Shown one piece after another: positions 1 through 11,492 of a stretch of DNA of 64,000 nt. Both the position numbers and the translations under genes were made by a program. The stretch lies in contig JBLWGC010000043.1 of the NCBI GenBank assembly GCA_048772705.1, positions 62,001-126,000 on the forward strand, read 5' to 3'. The notes under the pieces were generated by a model. The model did no database searches. It was not told the origin of the DNA and saw nothing but the letters and a program-made list of their open reading frames with translations. The stretch is from Leidyana gryllorum EB-2025a. Lineage: Eukaryota; Protista; Apicomplexa. How positions within the stretch are numbered: position 1 is the stretch's first letter; each line of letters starts with the position of its first letter.

Positions 1-285
1 ACAGGGGGCTGTTTGGTCTAGTTATATAATTCTTTCTTCGGCTGGAGAAGTCCTGGGTTCAATGCCACGTCTCTCCAAGGTCGGCTACTATACGCGACTC
101 CCACTCGTACAATCCCGAATGAAGTCCAGACCAGCTGAGACAAAATCTGAGTTGCAGCAGTTGTGAGGGGCTGGAACTGCTCCGAGACCGGGAATCGAAC
201 CCGGGTCTTCCGCGTGACTGGCGGAAATTTCGGGCAAAAACCTCAGTTCAATCATTCAACCAGTTGCGCTCTCCCCGAATGCTAC

Positions 286-367
286 CGACAAGGGTGAGAT
301 TCGATCTCACGCGGGTGGAACCCAACGGCTTAGCAGGCCGCCGCCTTAACCACTCGGCCACCTTGCC
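286..367 (-). tRNA. tRNA-Ser(GCT)
   Basis: rc GGCAAGGTGGCCGAGTGGTTAAGGCGGCGGCCTGCTAAGCCG..., long variable arm; T-loop GATC variant. Confidence 0.85.
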
Positions 368-557
368 GACGACATCTCTTACTCGCTGGCACTTTTTCAC
401 AACGGTTTGGGGTGAGCATTCGCTTAGTAAGCGAAAGGTCGCCGGTTCGATTCCGGCAGAAGGCTCGACTGCATCGACTAGGCACCTGCAAGCGGTAAGT
501 CTCTTAGCCACGAAGCCGCAGGTTTGGAACCTGCCGGTACCTGAGGCACCCACAGGG

Positions 558-629
558 GGCTGTTTGGTCTAGTGGTATGATTCTTCCTTCGGGTGGAAGA
601 AGTCCTGGGTTCGACTCCCAGAACAGCCC
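558..629 (+). tRNA. tRNA-Pro(CGG)
   Basis: GGCTGTT/AACAGCC acceptor, CTTCC-TTCGGGT-GGAAG anticodon arm, CTGGG-TTCGACT-CCCAG T arm. Confidence 0.93.
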
Positions 630-982
630 GTCTGATAGTTGTTGACGCAACAAGGCACTCGCCCCATCCCGAGACAATGTCCCTGACAGCCAAGACAGGA
701 TCTGAGTTGTTGACTCAACAGGCTACAACCCGACCATTCGCCCAGACGCTACTGGGACTCGAACCCAAAATCCCCGGTTGGAGTCCGGGCGGGACCAAGT
801 GAGTGCATCTCTGATACAGCTTCGCCCTGTACCCGAGGAAGGCCCAAGATTCAACGATCAATACGAATGGAATTTGTTACTAAGTCCGAGCTTCGTCGCC
901 GCCCCAAGTCCGTCGGTAGAGCGCAAGACTTTTGATGGGAGACCGCAGGTTCGGGCAGCGCGAGAAGTTTGAGACAGGGAAT

Positions 983-1054
983 GCCTCCTTAGCTTAGGGG
1001 CAGAGCATTCGCTTTGTAAGCGAAAGGTCGCTGGTTCGATTCCGGCAGGAGGCT
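983..1054 (+). tRNA. tRNA-Thr(TGT)
   Basis: GCCTCCT/AGGAGGC acceptor; TTCGC-TTTGTAA-GCGAA. Confidence 0.88.
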
Positions 1055-1231
1055 TCAGTCATTAGCCTAAACATGGTTGCGATCATCCGCCCGCATTTTC
1101 GGACGGCGGCTTGCACACAGCACTCGGCCATCTCGCCGAAGTGTTGTTGGCTCGCCGTTCCACCCGTTTCCCGTCGTGTAATCTCAAAATGCGAGGACTT
1201 CTGGGGTTGGAGGCCGGCGTGTTTACTAGCG

Positions 1232-1303
1232 TCCGAGATAGTGTAGTGGTCAGTATTTCCGCCTGTCACGCGGAAGACCCGGGTTCGATTCCCGGTCTCG
1301 GAG
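1232..1303 (+). tRNA. tRNA-Asp(GTC)
   Basis: TCCGAGA/TCTCGGA acceptor; TCCGC-CTGTCAC-GCGGA; intact T arm. Confidence 0.92.
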
Positions 1304-1358
1304 CACAGTTGGTTTCGCTTGAGATTGTCTTTTTTGGTGCGTGCTGAAGGTTGCGAGC

Positions 1359-1431
1359 TACAGCCACCGAGGGTCGAATTCGGGACCTTCTGCGTGTAAA
1401 GCAGACGTCGTAACCACTAGACCATGGCTGC
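1359..1431 (-). tRNA. tRNA-Val(TAC), T-stem mismatch
   Basis: rc GCAGCCATGGTCTAGTGGTTACGACGTCTGCTTTACACGCAGA... Confidence 0.8.
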
Positions 1432-1757
1432 GTGGATGGTCCCCGCAGCCCAAGAGAAGTGGCGAAGCTTCAGGGAGTAGTGAGGACCAGTTCAAGGGTC
1501 GGGCCGGGATCGAACCCAGATCGGGAAATCCAAAGTGTCCAGTGCTAACCACCAAGGACGCAGTCGGTTCAGCCCATCCCAGAACTGTCGGACTAGCGCT
1601 CCCTCAACTGGAACTCATGCAACACGGGTCTCTCTACTAACCTCTGAAGTATTGTAACTGGCTTTTGTATACAGCCCCCAGCGTAAAGAGTTGGATTCGA
1701 GTCGACCAAAATCCTCAGTTCAATCATTGAAGCAGATGCGCTCTCCCCGAATGCTAC

Positions 1758-1839
1758 CGACAAGGATGAGATTCGAACTCACGCGGGTAGAACCCAACGG
1801 CTTAGCAGGCCGCCGCCTTAACCACTCGGCCACCTTGCC
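1758..1839 (-). tRNA. tRNA-Ser(GCT)
   Basis: Second copy of the 286-367 module with the same flanks. Confidence 0.88.
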
Positions 1840-1947
1840 GACGACATGTCTTACTCGCTGGCACTTTTTCACAACGGTTTGGGGGAGGTTCTGAGATCGA
1901 AGACTTCTTTCACCCCACGAGTATCGAGATGACCGAAGCCTCTCCAT

Positions 1948-2020
1948 GGTGCGGTGGCCTACTGGATAGGGCATCGGTCTTCGGAACCGGGAGTTGTGGG
2001 TCCGAGGCCCATCCGCATCA
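1948..2020 (+). pseudogene. tRNA-Arg(TCG), decayed T loop
   Basis: TCGGT-CTTCGGA-ACCGG arm; B box mutated to GTCCGAGG. Confidence 0.75.
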
Positions 2021-2198
2021 TAGCCTCTCACTCGGAAGACCTTCCGTTTCGACCGAGGCAAGCTTGCTAGCTGTACGAGAGCCGCTGCCCCTCATGTCGA
2101 GTTGAAGTGCGGTGCCCAAGTCTATTCAAGGGCTACAGGGCACCCTTAAAGCTCTCAACTCTGTAGTCAAATAGCGCCAGTTGCAGCACTACAAAGTT

Positions 2199-2271
2199 TG
2201 GACGACCTGGGTATCGATCCCAGTACCTCTCGCATGCAAAGCGAGCGCTCTACCATCTGAGCGAGCCGCCC
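2199..2271 (-). tRNA. tRNA-Ala(TGC)
   Basis: rc GGGCGGCTCGCTCAGATGGTAGAGCGCTCGCTTTGCATGCGAGAGG..GGATCGATACC. Confidence 0.85.
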
Positions 2272-2424
2272 ATCCGCTCTACATGGAAGACCTATTGCAT
2301 CCGCTATCCATTGCGCCACAACCGCATTCGGGACGCATCCGACTGTTGAGTGGGACGAAACCAGGCTGACCCGAAGTGTCTCCTCTTTCACCCAACCAGT
2401 ATAGAGATGACCGAAGCCTATCCA

Positions 2425-2497
2425 TGTGCGGTGGCCTAATGGATAGGGCATCGGTCTTCGGAACCGGGAGTTGTGGGTTCGAGTCCCATCCGCATCA
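2425..2497 (+). tRNA. tRNA-Arg(TCG)
   Basis: GTGGCCTAATGGATAGGGCATCGGTCTTCGGAACCGG...GGTTCGAGTCCC. Confidence 0.85.
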
Positions 2498-2716
2498 TAG
2501 CCTCTCACTCGGAAGACATTCCGTTTCGACCGAGGCAGGCTTGCTAGCTGTATGGGGAGCCACTGCCGCGCATGTCGAGTTGAAGTGCTAGTGGTATATT
2601 TTTTCCTCGCTTGGGGGAGTGTTCGATTCGATTCCCGGTCCGTTTTTTGTAGGTTGCAGACAGCTCGACGCAGAAATAGCCCGAATCTCTCGGGGTGTTG
2701 CGGCTCTTTCGCAATT

Positions 2717-2787
2717 GCACTTGTGGTCTAAGGGTAAGATGCGACCCTTCCAAGGTCGTAACCCGGGTTCGAGTCCCGGCAGGTGCA
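2717..2787 (+). tRNA. tRNA-Gly(TCC)
   Basis: GCACTTG/CAGGTGC acceptor; CGACC-CTTCCAA-GGTCG. Confidence 0.92.
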
Positions 2788-3137
2788 GCCGTATGTAGCT
2801 CGAACGACGGTCTATCAGTGAACTTGGGGGACCGACTGCCTATTCAACGGCTGACAAGAGTGGGATACGAACCAACGCCCTTTCGGACCGCGGCTTGCAC
2901 ACGTGCCCTCAGACCACTCGGCCATGTTGCCAGCTCGGTGACGCTCCCGCCAACCACGCGTTTCCTCTCTGTGGAAGCAGATCCGGGTTGCTCCGAGGTG
3001 CCAGACTCGAGATCCGGTAAGATTGGACGACCCGGGTACCGACCCATGCGCAGGGAGCGCTTTACCTTTCGGACTGCGGCCTGAAGACAGCGCCTTCATA
3101 TGTCTTTAAATACCGGCAGGTGCAGCCGTACGAGGTT

Positions 3138-3210
3138 TGGACGACCTGGGTATCGATCCCAGTACCTCTCGCATGCGAAGCGAGCGCTATACCATTTGAG
3201 CTAGCCGCCC
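3138..3210 (-). tRNA. tRNA-Ala(CGC)
   Basis: rc CTCGC-TTCGCAT-GCGAG anticodon arm, G3:U70 acceptor pattern. Confidence 0.83.
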
Positions 3211-3299
3211 CGTGTGCAGACCCCATAGCATTCAGTGGTTCTTGACATATTTGGACGAGTCTCTCGACTGTACCCAGCGGGTTGAACCACCAGCTAGGC

Positions 3300-3371
3300 G
3301 GCTGTTTGGTCTAGTGGTATGATTCTTCCTTCGGGTGGAAGAAGTGCTGGGTTCGATTCCCAGAACAGCCC
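3300..3371 (+). tRNA. tRNA-Pro(CGG)
   Basis: Near-identical to 558-629. Confidence 0.9.
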
Positions 3372-3473
3372 GTCTGTCAGTTGTTTACTCAACACGGCAC
3401 TCGACCCATCCCGGACAGCTAAGACAGGATCTGACTTAGTTGGCTCAACAGGCTGCAACCCGGCCATTCGCCC

Positions 3474-3546
3474 AGACGCTACTGGGACTCGAACCCAGAA
3501 TCCCCGGTTCCGTAGACCGATGCCATATCCATTAGGCCATAGCGCC
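3474..3546 (-). tRNA. tRNA-Arg(ACG)
   Basis: rc GGCGCTATGGCCTAATGGATATGGCATCGGTCTACGGAACCGGGGATTCTGGGTTCGAGTCCCAGTAGCGTCT. Confidence 0.9.
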
Positions 3547-3713
3547 GACTAGCGGAGCCGTCAAATGGGAGTGTGTAGCGATCAAGACAGGACATGGGCA
3601 GCTACGCCCGATGGTGGGTGTGGACAGACTTCACCCACATCTCCCATTCGAGACATCGGGGACATACTATCCAAGCCAGGATTCGGGCCTGGGTATGCAC
3701 GGCCACAACTTGC

Positions 3714-3995
3714 TGTTGTAAGCCGACACCACACTCTGATCATTCATGCGAGTGTCTGCACAGTTACACTGTCACAGAGAGTTCAGACCACTAGGGTGCA
3801 TTAGCCTTTACGCTTTAGTAGTAGTTGCTTTACGTTCGTTAATAATGCCTTTTCACCATCTTATACATGCCCCTATATAAGTGCCAAATATGTAGGGAAG
3901 TATCCAGATGGATGTTAATTCGATTGGAAATTTCACCAAGTCGAATTTGGCCACCCGATAGGAAGTTGACCATCAGGCAAACACGAACTACAACA
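3714..3995. mobile_element. Solo LTR, family L1 (282 bp)
   Basis: TGTTGTA...TACAACA inverted termini, internal TATATA; inverted copies at 9770-10040 and 63895-64000; no TSD. Confidence 0.8.
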
Positions 3996-4527
3996 CCCAT
4001 TAGGGCATTCTGGTGGGCGCAAGTCTGCATCGGTGCGGAACCCATTCTGTGCAATGGTAATCATTCCAGGGCGGATTCACCCATCACTTCGAGTCTACGG
4101 CTGTACGTAGCCGGTTGTATCCCCCTTCCCATTCGGTTGTCTGGTCTAGTGGTATGATCCTTCCTAAGGGTGGCAGGAGTCCTGGGTTCGATTCCCAAAA
4201 CAGCCCTTTTGCTAGGCGCTGACGAGGTTCTAGGAGAGTTGATACACTCATCCCCTGTTTCGAATAAGATAACGAGTCTTTTGAACTCCGCCTGCCACGT
4301 CACTCGACAGCTGCTAGATTCGAACCAGTGGGGCCAGGCGATACTGACGACTCAGGCGTTTAAGTCAGGTTGCGCCTCATACGGGAAGAACATGAGGTCT
4401 GATTGAGTGATTCCAAAACTCAATTTCTTGAGCTGCTAGAGTCAGACGCGTTACCGTTGCGCGAAAGGCCCACAACCATCCCTCGTCCCAGATTCCCCAA
4501 CATCTTCAAGCGTTTCAGCCCATCTTC

Positions 4528-4599
4528 AGGGCACGCGCGGAGTTGAACCACGGACTTGCTGATCTGCAGTCAGCTGCTCTACCACTGAGCTACGTACCC
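4528..4599 (-). tRNA. tRNA-Cys(GCA)
   Basis: rc GGGTACGTAGCTCAGTGGTAGAGCAGCTGACTGCAGATCAGC... Confidence 0.92.
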
Positions 4600-5275
4600 A
4601 CGGACTTCTCCAAATACTCGCTCAACTCGATTCTGACTTCTTCTTTGAGGCAAAACGGCCGTTATTGTGCACGTACTTGAACAACAATGCGTCACGCATC
4701 TGTGGCCTGGACCAGCCCTTCTGGTAGCAGTTGTGAGGGGCTGGAACCCGACCCCTCGCCCAGACGCTACTGGGACTGGAACACAGAATCCCCGGTTCCG
4801 TAGACCGATGCCATATCCATTGGGCCGTAGCGCCGATTAACGCGGGCAACAAATGGATGTGTGTGGTGATCAAGAGTTGTTGACCGAGGCAAGAGGTTTC
4901 CATCCAAGACACCAGAGACATACTGTCCGGGCAGTTACTTGCTGTCCTAACCACTAGACGACTCAGACAATCTTCGGAGTGAAACCATAAAGGTAGCGAA
5001 TTATCCAGTCAGGATGGGATGGAACGGGAGCGTAAGACGAACCACGTTGTAAGAAGTCCACTCCTCCACTTCTGGTGGGACGGAATTTACTCGTCGAATA
5101 TCTGATGCCACTACAGACAGATGCCTTGCCATCTGAGCACCGCGGGCCGTCAGACTACTGGCTGCACGAAGCTTCCGGACTGTGAAAGTGGCGTGTGTCT
5201 CTTGAAACAGGTATCCGATGAGGGGCAGAACGCTCGGACGGGCGCGAGGGATGACACCAAATGTCACAAACTCTC

Positions 5276-5348
5276 TGCCTTGGCCGTGGATCGAACACGG
5301 GACTTCCAGATCTTCAGTCTGGCGCTCTCCCAACTGAGCTACCGAGAC
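5276..5348 (-). tRNA. tRNA-Phe(GAA)
   Basis: rc ...GCGCCAGACTGAAGATCTGGAAGTCCCGTGTTCGATCCACGG. Confidence 0.88.
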
Positions 5349-6499
5349 ACTAGGTAGTCATGGAAGGCGGTGAAAATAAGCAGTTACCGCGGCCGGCCAC
5401 TCCTCGCCTCAAGCCGGAATCGACAGTTGCCAACTTGCCCGAGTGGGGAAGGGGGGTAGATTCGAATTCTACTGGGCCTGGGCAGATCCAGCAGTTGTCG
5501 TGCGATTGATTGGAGGGGCCAGACACCAACTTACGGATAAATCCCTGGAATGGTGTAGAAACAACCGTGTGTCCTCTGCATCTGCGGGAATTCGAACCTG
5601 GGTACTCTCGATCGCAACGAGACACTATACCACTAGACCACAGATGCAGAAAACAACCCTGTTGCATTTTGTACGTGGTGACAGCCGTTCTCAGAGAGCC
5701 TTTCGATACATCAAAGCGTTCTGCCGGAATCGAACCGGCGACCTTCCGTTTACTGCGCGAATGTTCTGCCCCCGAGCTAAGGAGGCAATGCAAGCCGGGA
5801 GTCACGCATCAGTCATCGACGGAAGTTATCGGAGCACTTCAATGACTTCCACTGCCGCGACTTGAACCAGGATCGAGCGGGTGAGAGCCTCGTATTCAAG
5901 CCACATAGACTACAGTGGACGACTCCCCGAGTTGGGGCTTCGGACGAGAGCCCATCTTGAGATGAGGTGGGGCGTCGGGTTAACCGACAACCAACGGGGC
6001 TGTTCTGGGAATCGAACCCAGGACTTCTTCCAAACGAAGGAAGAATCATACCACTAGACCAAACAGCCCACTGGTCGGTGGTGCAAGTTGTTGGTACAGT
6101 CGGGAGACTGGTCATAATATGTCAAGAACCACTAAGTGCTATGGGGTCTGCACAGCGGGCGACTAGCTCAAATGTTATAGGACTCGCTCAACATGCGAGA
6201 GATACTGGGATCCCCGCGATCAACTGCGCTACTTCAGGCCGTCCAACTTCTGTCAGGCTCATCAAGATACGTGTTTCCAGAGCTACACGCCCCTTTTCCC
6301 AATCCGGAATCTCCGTTCGGCCATGGTCTAGTGGTCACGACGTCTGCTTGAGAAGCAGAAGGTCCCGTGTTCGATCCTCGGTGGCTGTCTCTCGCATCTT
6401 TCAGCTGAGCACCACGAAATCTAAAGCGGAAAACGAACTGTCCTTCGAAACCGGGAATCAAGCCCGGGTCTTCCGCGGTGATACATATATTCCTTCATT

Positions 6500-7860
6500 C
6501 GTTAATTGACAGCTAGCTTTCTCGTTCTCGGTCATTCTATGGGACGATCTTTAAAGTTCTTCAATCGTTGGTATGCGGGGCGCCAACGGACTCTCTTGTG
6601 CACACCATGTTGGTACTGCAATCGTCTCCACTTCCTGGTCCACTGTGACTGCTTCAGCACACCAATCTGCAGTGGTATTGATTCCGCCTGAAATGTGCTG
6701 AATCATCAGATCGAGTTGCTGTAACCATATTGCCCATTTCTGCACTTTGCCACGCGTGGCACCTATCATCCATCACAGACTCTCATGGTCGGTCTGCACT
6801 AAGGTATCTGCATTTGGTATACCCTTCGAACTTCCGCACTGCCCATACGATAGCGTATGCTGTGTTACTGCAAAACCAGCAAGAGGAGTTAGTCCCTCTC
6901 GAATATGCCAGCAAAGCTGAGCAAACTGGGAGACGCGAGAGAGGGAAGCACCTATATCTTTCGCCGAAGCATCCGTTTGAAGGACAAAATCTCCATTTTT
7001 CTTGATTGGTCTAAGCATCAGTCTGTGCCAGATCTTCCTTCAGTGTTTTAAAAGCCTGCGATTGTGTAAGGACGTGATATTCCGGATTGCAACTCCGAGA
7101 CGAAAGTCTTGAGAAGCGATATCAAGTCTTACTATGAGCACGGCGAAGGTCTCAGGAGCGTAAGGCTGAGATAGTCCCAAGTCCCAGTGTCCCATCCGGC
7201 AGGTAACGGGATTTGTGGAAAGGGACAGCTGGGACAGGCGAAATATCACGACAGTTAGAAATTTTAAGCAACGGAGAAGCAAAGGGTATGTGTTGTAAAC
7301 TCTTCCAGCTACACGCTAAGACCGTTCGTCTTCTTACAGATTGTCCTTCCGTCCATTCCCGCTTAACTGACTTCTTGAGTAATTTAGATAGTGGTTCGGC
7401 TGTTGTAAATTTGGTACAAACCTGCGTATGTATGAGCCTAGGAAGGATCTCAGCGTGGACTTATCAGTTGGTGTCCGGACCCTGTACTTTCTCTGTTGAT
7501 GGGGGGATACCTCTGATTCCGACCACATGCCCCAAAACTGGCACCTCTGGTTTTGCTAGATGCGTTTGTCGATCTGCAGCGATAACCCTTCGCGCTTCCA
7601 ACAACGATCGTGTTCGACAGCATCCGAGGCGTAAAGTATTATGTCGTCAACATAGACTAAGACCCCTTTCCCATACAGATCGCCAAAGATTGCATCCATC
7701 GCTCTTTGAAATTCAGCCACACTGTTCTTCATACCATATGGCAGCACATTAAACTCATATGTCCCCCATGAAGCTACCACTGCCATATATTCTCTTGATT
7801 CTTCTTCTAACGCGAGATTCAAAATCCTGATTTGCAATATAAACACGTATTCAGTGCCTG
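6500..7860 (-). pseudogene. Degraded Ty3/gypsy pol (RT-RNase H), related to the 39110-43310 element
   Basis: ORF pieces YGMKNSVAEFQRAMD..YVDDII, LQTDAS, HISGGINTTADW; many frameshifts. Confidence 0.88.
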
Positions 7861-8351
7861 GAATGCCATGGCCTGCAAGTTGTCCGATAACAGTGGTAAT
7901 GGGGAGGCGCCTCAGTTTTTTGTGAAGAAAAAAGACGGCACATGGCGACTCTCTGTCGACTACCGGCCGCTTCTTCTAGCTTCACCAGACAGGGAACGCT
8001 TGGAACGCGGGGGGCAGAAATTGAGCTGGCAAGATGGCTGAGGAGCCTAAGGCGCTGTATTCAATTCGCACTTCGAAAGGGCGTGGGTTCGGATCCAACT
8101 CTTGTCATGTCACTTTTTTGGTGCGCGGGGCACAGAAAGGGTGGAAGTTTGTAGAGCCCAGAGTCAGGTCATCTTCAGAGCACGCGCGGAGTTATTTACC
8201 GACTTGCCGATCTGCACTCCGCTGCTCTACCACTGAGCTACGTATCAACAAACTGCCCATCATACTCGCTCAACTCCGTTCTGTCATCCCATTGATTCAA
8301 AAGAAGCAAAACGGCCGATACCGTGTACGTGTTTCGACAACAAGGTGGTAC

Positions 8352-8422
8352 GCATCTGTGGCCTAGTGGTAGAGTGTCTCGTTGCCACCGAGGCGACCCG
8401 GGTTCGATTCCCGGCAGATGCC
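8352..8422 (+). tRNA. tRNA-Gly(GCC)
   Basis: GCATCTG/CAGATGC acceptor; TCTCG-TTGCCAC-CGAGG. Confidence 0.88.
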
Positions 8423-8486
8423 GAGGAGATAGCACATGGTTGAGTTTTATGCGTGAGTTGGTGTTTGACCCTCCGATCACATCGCA

Positions 8487-8568
8487 GGACAACTGCTGGA
8501 TTTGAACCAGCGCGGGCCAGGCCCAGTAGATTTCAAGTCGACCCCCTTAACCACTCGGGCAAGTTGCC
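8487..8568 (-). tRNA. tRNA-Ser(TGA)
   Basis: rc GGCAACTTGCCCGAGTGGTTAAGGGGGTCGACTTGAAATCTAC..., one anticodon-stem mismatch. Confidence 0.78.
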
Positions 8569-8915
8569 AACTGTACGGCAATTGCTTCTGATCCTGCTGC
8601 GGCACGCCCCTCTGTGTTCGAAGCGAACGTAGGTACTTCTTTGCAAGGTATGGTTGCGTAGCACTCGACGCTGGTGCGCGCTGCCCCCTTCATGCGACCG
8701 GGGGTTCGATCCCGGCGCGACCCTTGAACTTGTCCTCACTACTCCCTGAAGCTTCGCCACTTCTCTTGGGCTGCGGGGACCAACCATGAAGCCATGGTCT
8801 AGTGGTTACGACGTCTGGTTAACACGCAGAAGGTCCCGAGTTGATCCTCGGTGGTTGTAGCCCGCAACTTTCAGCGAGCACCAAAAAAAGACAATCTCAA
8901 ACGAAACCAACTGTG

Positions 8916-8987
8916 CTCCGAGACCGGGAATCGAACCCGGGTCTTCCGCGTGACAGGCGGAAATACTAACCACTGTGCTATCTCGGA
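8916..8987 (-). tRNA. tRNA-Asp(GTC)
   Basis: Inverted copy of the 1232-1303 module. Confidence 0.85.
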
Positions 8988-9081
8988 CGCTCCGAACACG
9001 CCGGCCTCCAACCCCAAAAGTCCTTGCATCTTGAGATTCCAAGCATAGAAAACGCGTGGAGCGGCGAGCCAACAACACCCC

Positions 9082-9161
9082 GGCAAGATGGCCGAGTGGT
9101 CTGAGGCGCTGTGCTCAAACCGGAGTCCGAAAGGGCGTGGGTTCGAATCCCACTTTTGCCA
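9082..9161 (+). pseudogene. tRNA-Leu, anticodon arm decayed
   Basis: GGCAAGATGGCCGAGTGGTCTGAGGCG...GGTTCGAATCCC; compare 34233-34312. Confidence 0.75.
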
Positions 9162-9196
9162 GGTTGCGGCGTAAACGGGAAAACATAGAGTCTGAT

Positions 9197-9268
9197 TGAG
9201 CCCAGAGTGATTCGAACACCCAACCTTCTGATCTGGAGTCAGACGCGCTACCGTTGCGCCATAGGCCC
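9197..9268 (-). tRNA. tRNA-Trp(CCA)
   Basis: rc GGGCCTATGGCGCAACGGTAGCGCGTCTGACTCCAGATCAGAAGG... Confidence 0.9.
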
Positions 9269-9769
9269 AAAACCATCCCCCGCTTAAGACTCATTGCCTT
9301 GTGGTCAGGAATGGAGGTGTCACGCATCTGTGGTCTAAGTAGAATGTGCACCGAGACGACCCATGTTCAATTCCCGGCAGATGCAGAGGAGATGGCACAT
9401 GGTCGATTGTGCCACCCGTCTAGGTTTCAGGCGTGAGTTGGTGTCTGACCCTACTATCACATCGCGCGACAACTGCTGGATATGAACCAGCGCGGCAGGC
9501 CCATAGATTTCTAGTCTACCCCCTTAACCACTCGGGCAAGTTGCCACCTGTCAAACTCGGCATTTTGCGGCCAGTGGCTTCACATACGCTTCAGCAAGCT
9601 TGAATCCGCCTTCGCGCGGATCCCGAAATGGTTGTATCAAGCTCCCAAGATCAGAAGTTCGGCTTAAATTGCGGGGTTTTGCAAGGTGCCAGACTCGACT
9701 TCCGGTGAGATTGGACGACCTGGATATCGACCCAATACCTTTCCGTTCGAAGCGAGCGCTCTACCATTC

Positions 9770-10040
9770 TGTTGTAGTTCGTGTTTGCCTGATGGTCAAC
9801 TTCCTATCGGGTTGCCAGAATTCGACTTGGTGAAATTTCCAATCGAATTAACATCCATCTGGATACTTCCCTACATATTTGGCGATTATATAGGGGCATG
9901 TATAAGATGGTGAAAAGGCATTACTAACGAACGTAAAGCAACTACTACTAAAGCGTAAAGGCTAATGCACCCTAGTGGTCTGAACTGTGTGTGACAGTCT
10001 AACTGTGCAGACACTCGAATGAATGATCAGAGTGTGGTGG
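9770..10040. mobile_element. LTR family L1 copy, distal end lost
   Basis: Reverse complement of 3714-3995; starts TGTTGTAG at a broken tRNA-Ala. Confidence 0.8.
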
Positions 10041-10653
10041 TCGAGTCGAACTTACCGTGTGTATTCAGCGCGAGGCTGCGGAAGCGTGCGCGCGGCTGGC
10101 ACATGGGTAAAGTGAGAGAGACACCAGAGTGAGAAACACAGGAAGAGCGGAGTTGGCTAAGTCAGAGTTGGGCTAGGCAAGAGGCGGCCTAAGATAACTT
10201 TTGTACTTGGAACAACAAGTCGTGGTCCTCATTTTTCGCCGTCGTGTGGACTCAGTCGAACATATCAGTCGAGTGATGGCTCCAACCGAATTGATCAGAG
10301 CGCTCAGTTCTCACTTTGGTACGGGGGGCGCATTAAGAAGGCATTGCCCAACTAGCGACACGAGCTCTCTCGAAACGCGTTGGGCTTCGCAAACGGCTAC
10401 GGTGGCTAAAACACAAGGCAGTCGACCCCCCACACTTGACTGTCAAAGCTAGTGACTTGCACAGGTGGCTACGGGAAGCCTGAAAATTGTCATAGAAAGG
10501 CTCATTCTGGATGCGAAATGTATATTCGATGGCATTATACATACCACGAGGGAGGAGATCCAGTCCACGCTTGATTGCGACCTGAAACCGGTTCGCGGAG
10601 CGACCTTTCAGTACGCAAATGCAAAGACGTTTCATGCGAATATTGAAAGTAAT

Positions 10654-11492
10654 TTGTGCAGGTCGGCGAAACCCGCAAGGGTGAGCCCGACCATTACCGT
10701 AGGTTTTTTTGGGGGTTCTTAGGGGGTACCAGAAACGACTTTTAGTGAAATAGGAATTTGATTAGAAGCTCTAGACGAGCTCTCTCGCTTACCTTAGGAA
10801 CAGTAGTGGCCTGATTAGTTGGCAGCCAGGTTTTAGGCGAAATCTCACCGCTAGAATAAGAGATAGGCGACTGTCTCGAGCTCTCTGAGACACGAGAAGG
10901 CCTGATTTTTGCAAAAATGAGACTTCCCAAACTTCAATTGGCTCGTTCGCTACAGCAAACTAGCCTCCCATCGAGATGTAAGGGTCGTCAGACTCCTTAA
11001 TTTAGCTCTCGTGCGGCTCGCGAGCAACAGATAGCAGCCCAAACGCGCCACTTTTCCCAAGATTTGGTGTGCGAGACGTGGGACTTGGACTGTTATTTTT
11101 GTTCTCAGATCCAAAAAGCCCTCTTCTCGCTCGCGCTCGCTTTCTTCCCCCCAGATGTTCCCAAGACGTGACCTCGTGCCACTCAGACTGGTCTGGCACG
11201 TTCCCACACCAAGTGAGTTCCCACAACTCATCCCCACACATCTCACATAGCCGAGGAAGAGCTTCGGCACTTTGCGAGGAACTGGGATGCCCCGCGACCC
11301 CAATTGCGAGTAGAGCTCCAGCCAATGGAGCCTGAACCCCCGGTTGTTCGGTTTTTTCCCCAGCCAGCTAACCCCTCCCACATTCGCTCCCTCCCCCAAC
11401 CAGCATCCAGTGGCCCCCCAGTTAGCATGCCGCTGAGTGATTCTCAGTCTCCCCCAGCCTCGGTCTCGTCTACTGAGGTCATTGGGTGTCTC
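10654..11492 (+). repeat. Hairpin-led ~0.8-kb repeat (copy 1), probable Helitron left end
   Basis: Direct repeat of 15384-16170; begins TTGTGCA-GGTCGG-CGAAACCCGCAAGGGTGAGC-CCGACC. Confidence 0.8.

Larger units (their letters stand above)
1..9770. repeat. tRNA gene/pseudogene cluster 1: dozens of intact, decayed or partial tRNA modules on both strands, interrupted by an LTR and a gypsy pol relic
   Basis: Recurrent A-box (TGGTCTAGTGG, TAGCTCAGTGG) and B-box (GGTTCGA.TCC) motifs every ~100-250 bp; flanks recur in the other clusters. Confidence 0.95.

Noticed and set aside
4400-4472. Trp-derived copy with a CTA (amber) anticodon
   Set aside because: 3' anticodon stem and T arm are destroyed; a decayed pseudogene, not a suppressor
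248-9913. Dozens of 60-180 aa ORFs over the tRNA clusters (also 31871-38950)
   Set aside because: They are translations of tRNA genes and spacers with no protein motifs; only the pol relic at 6500-7970 is coding-derived
10661-10692. Hammerhead-like CGAAA-stem motif
   Set aside because: No CUGANGA core and G at the cleavage position; better read as a terminal DNA hairpin
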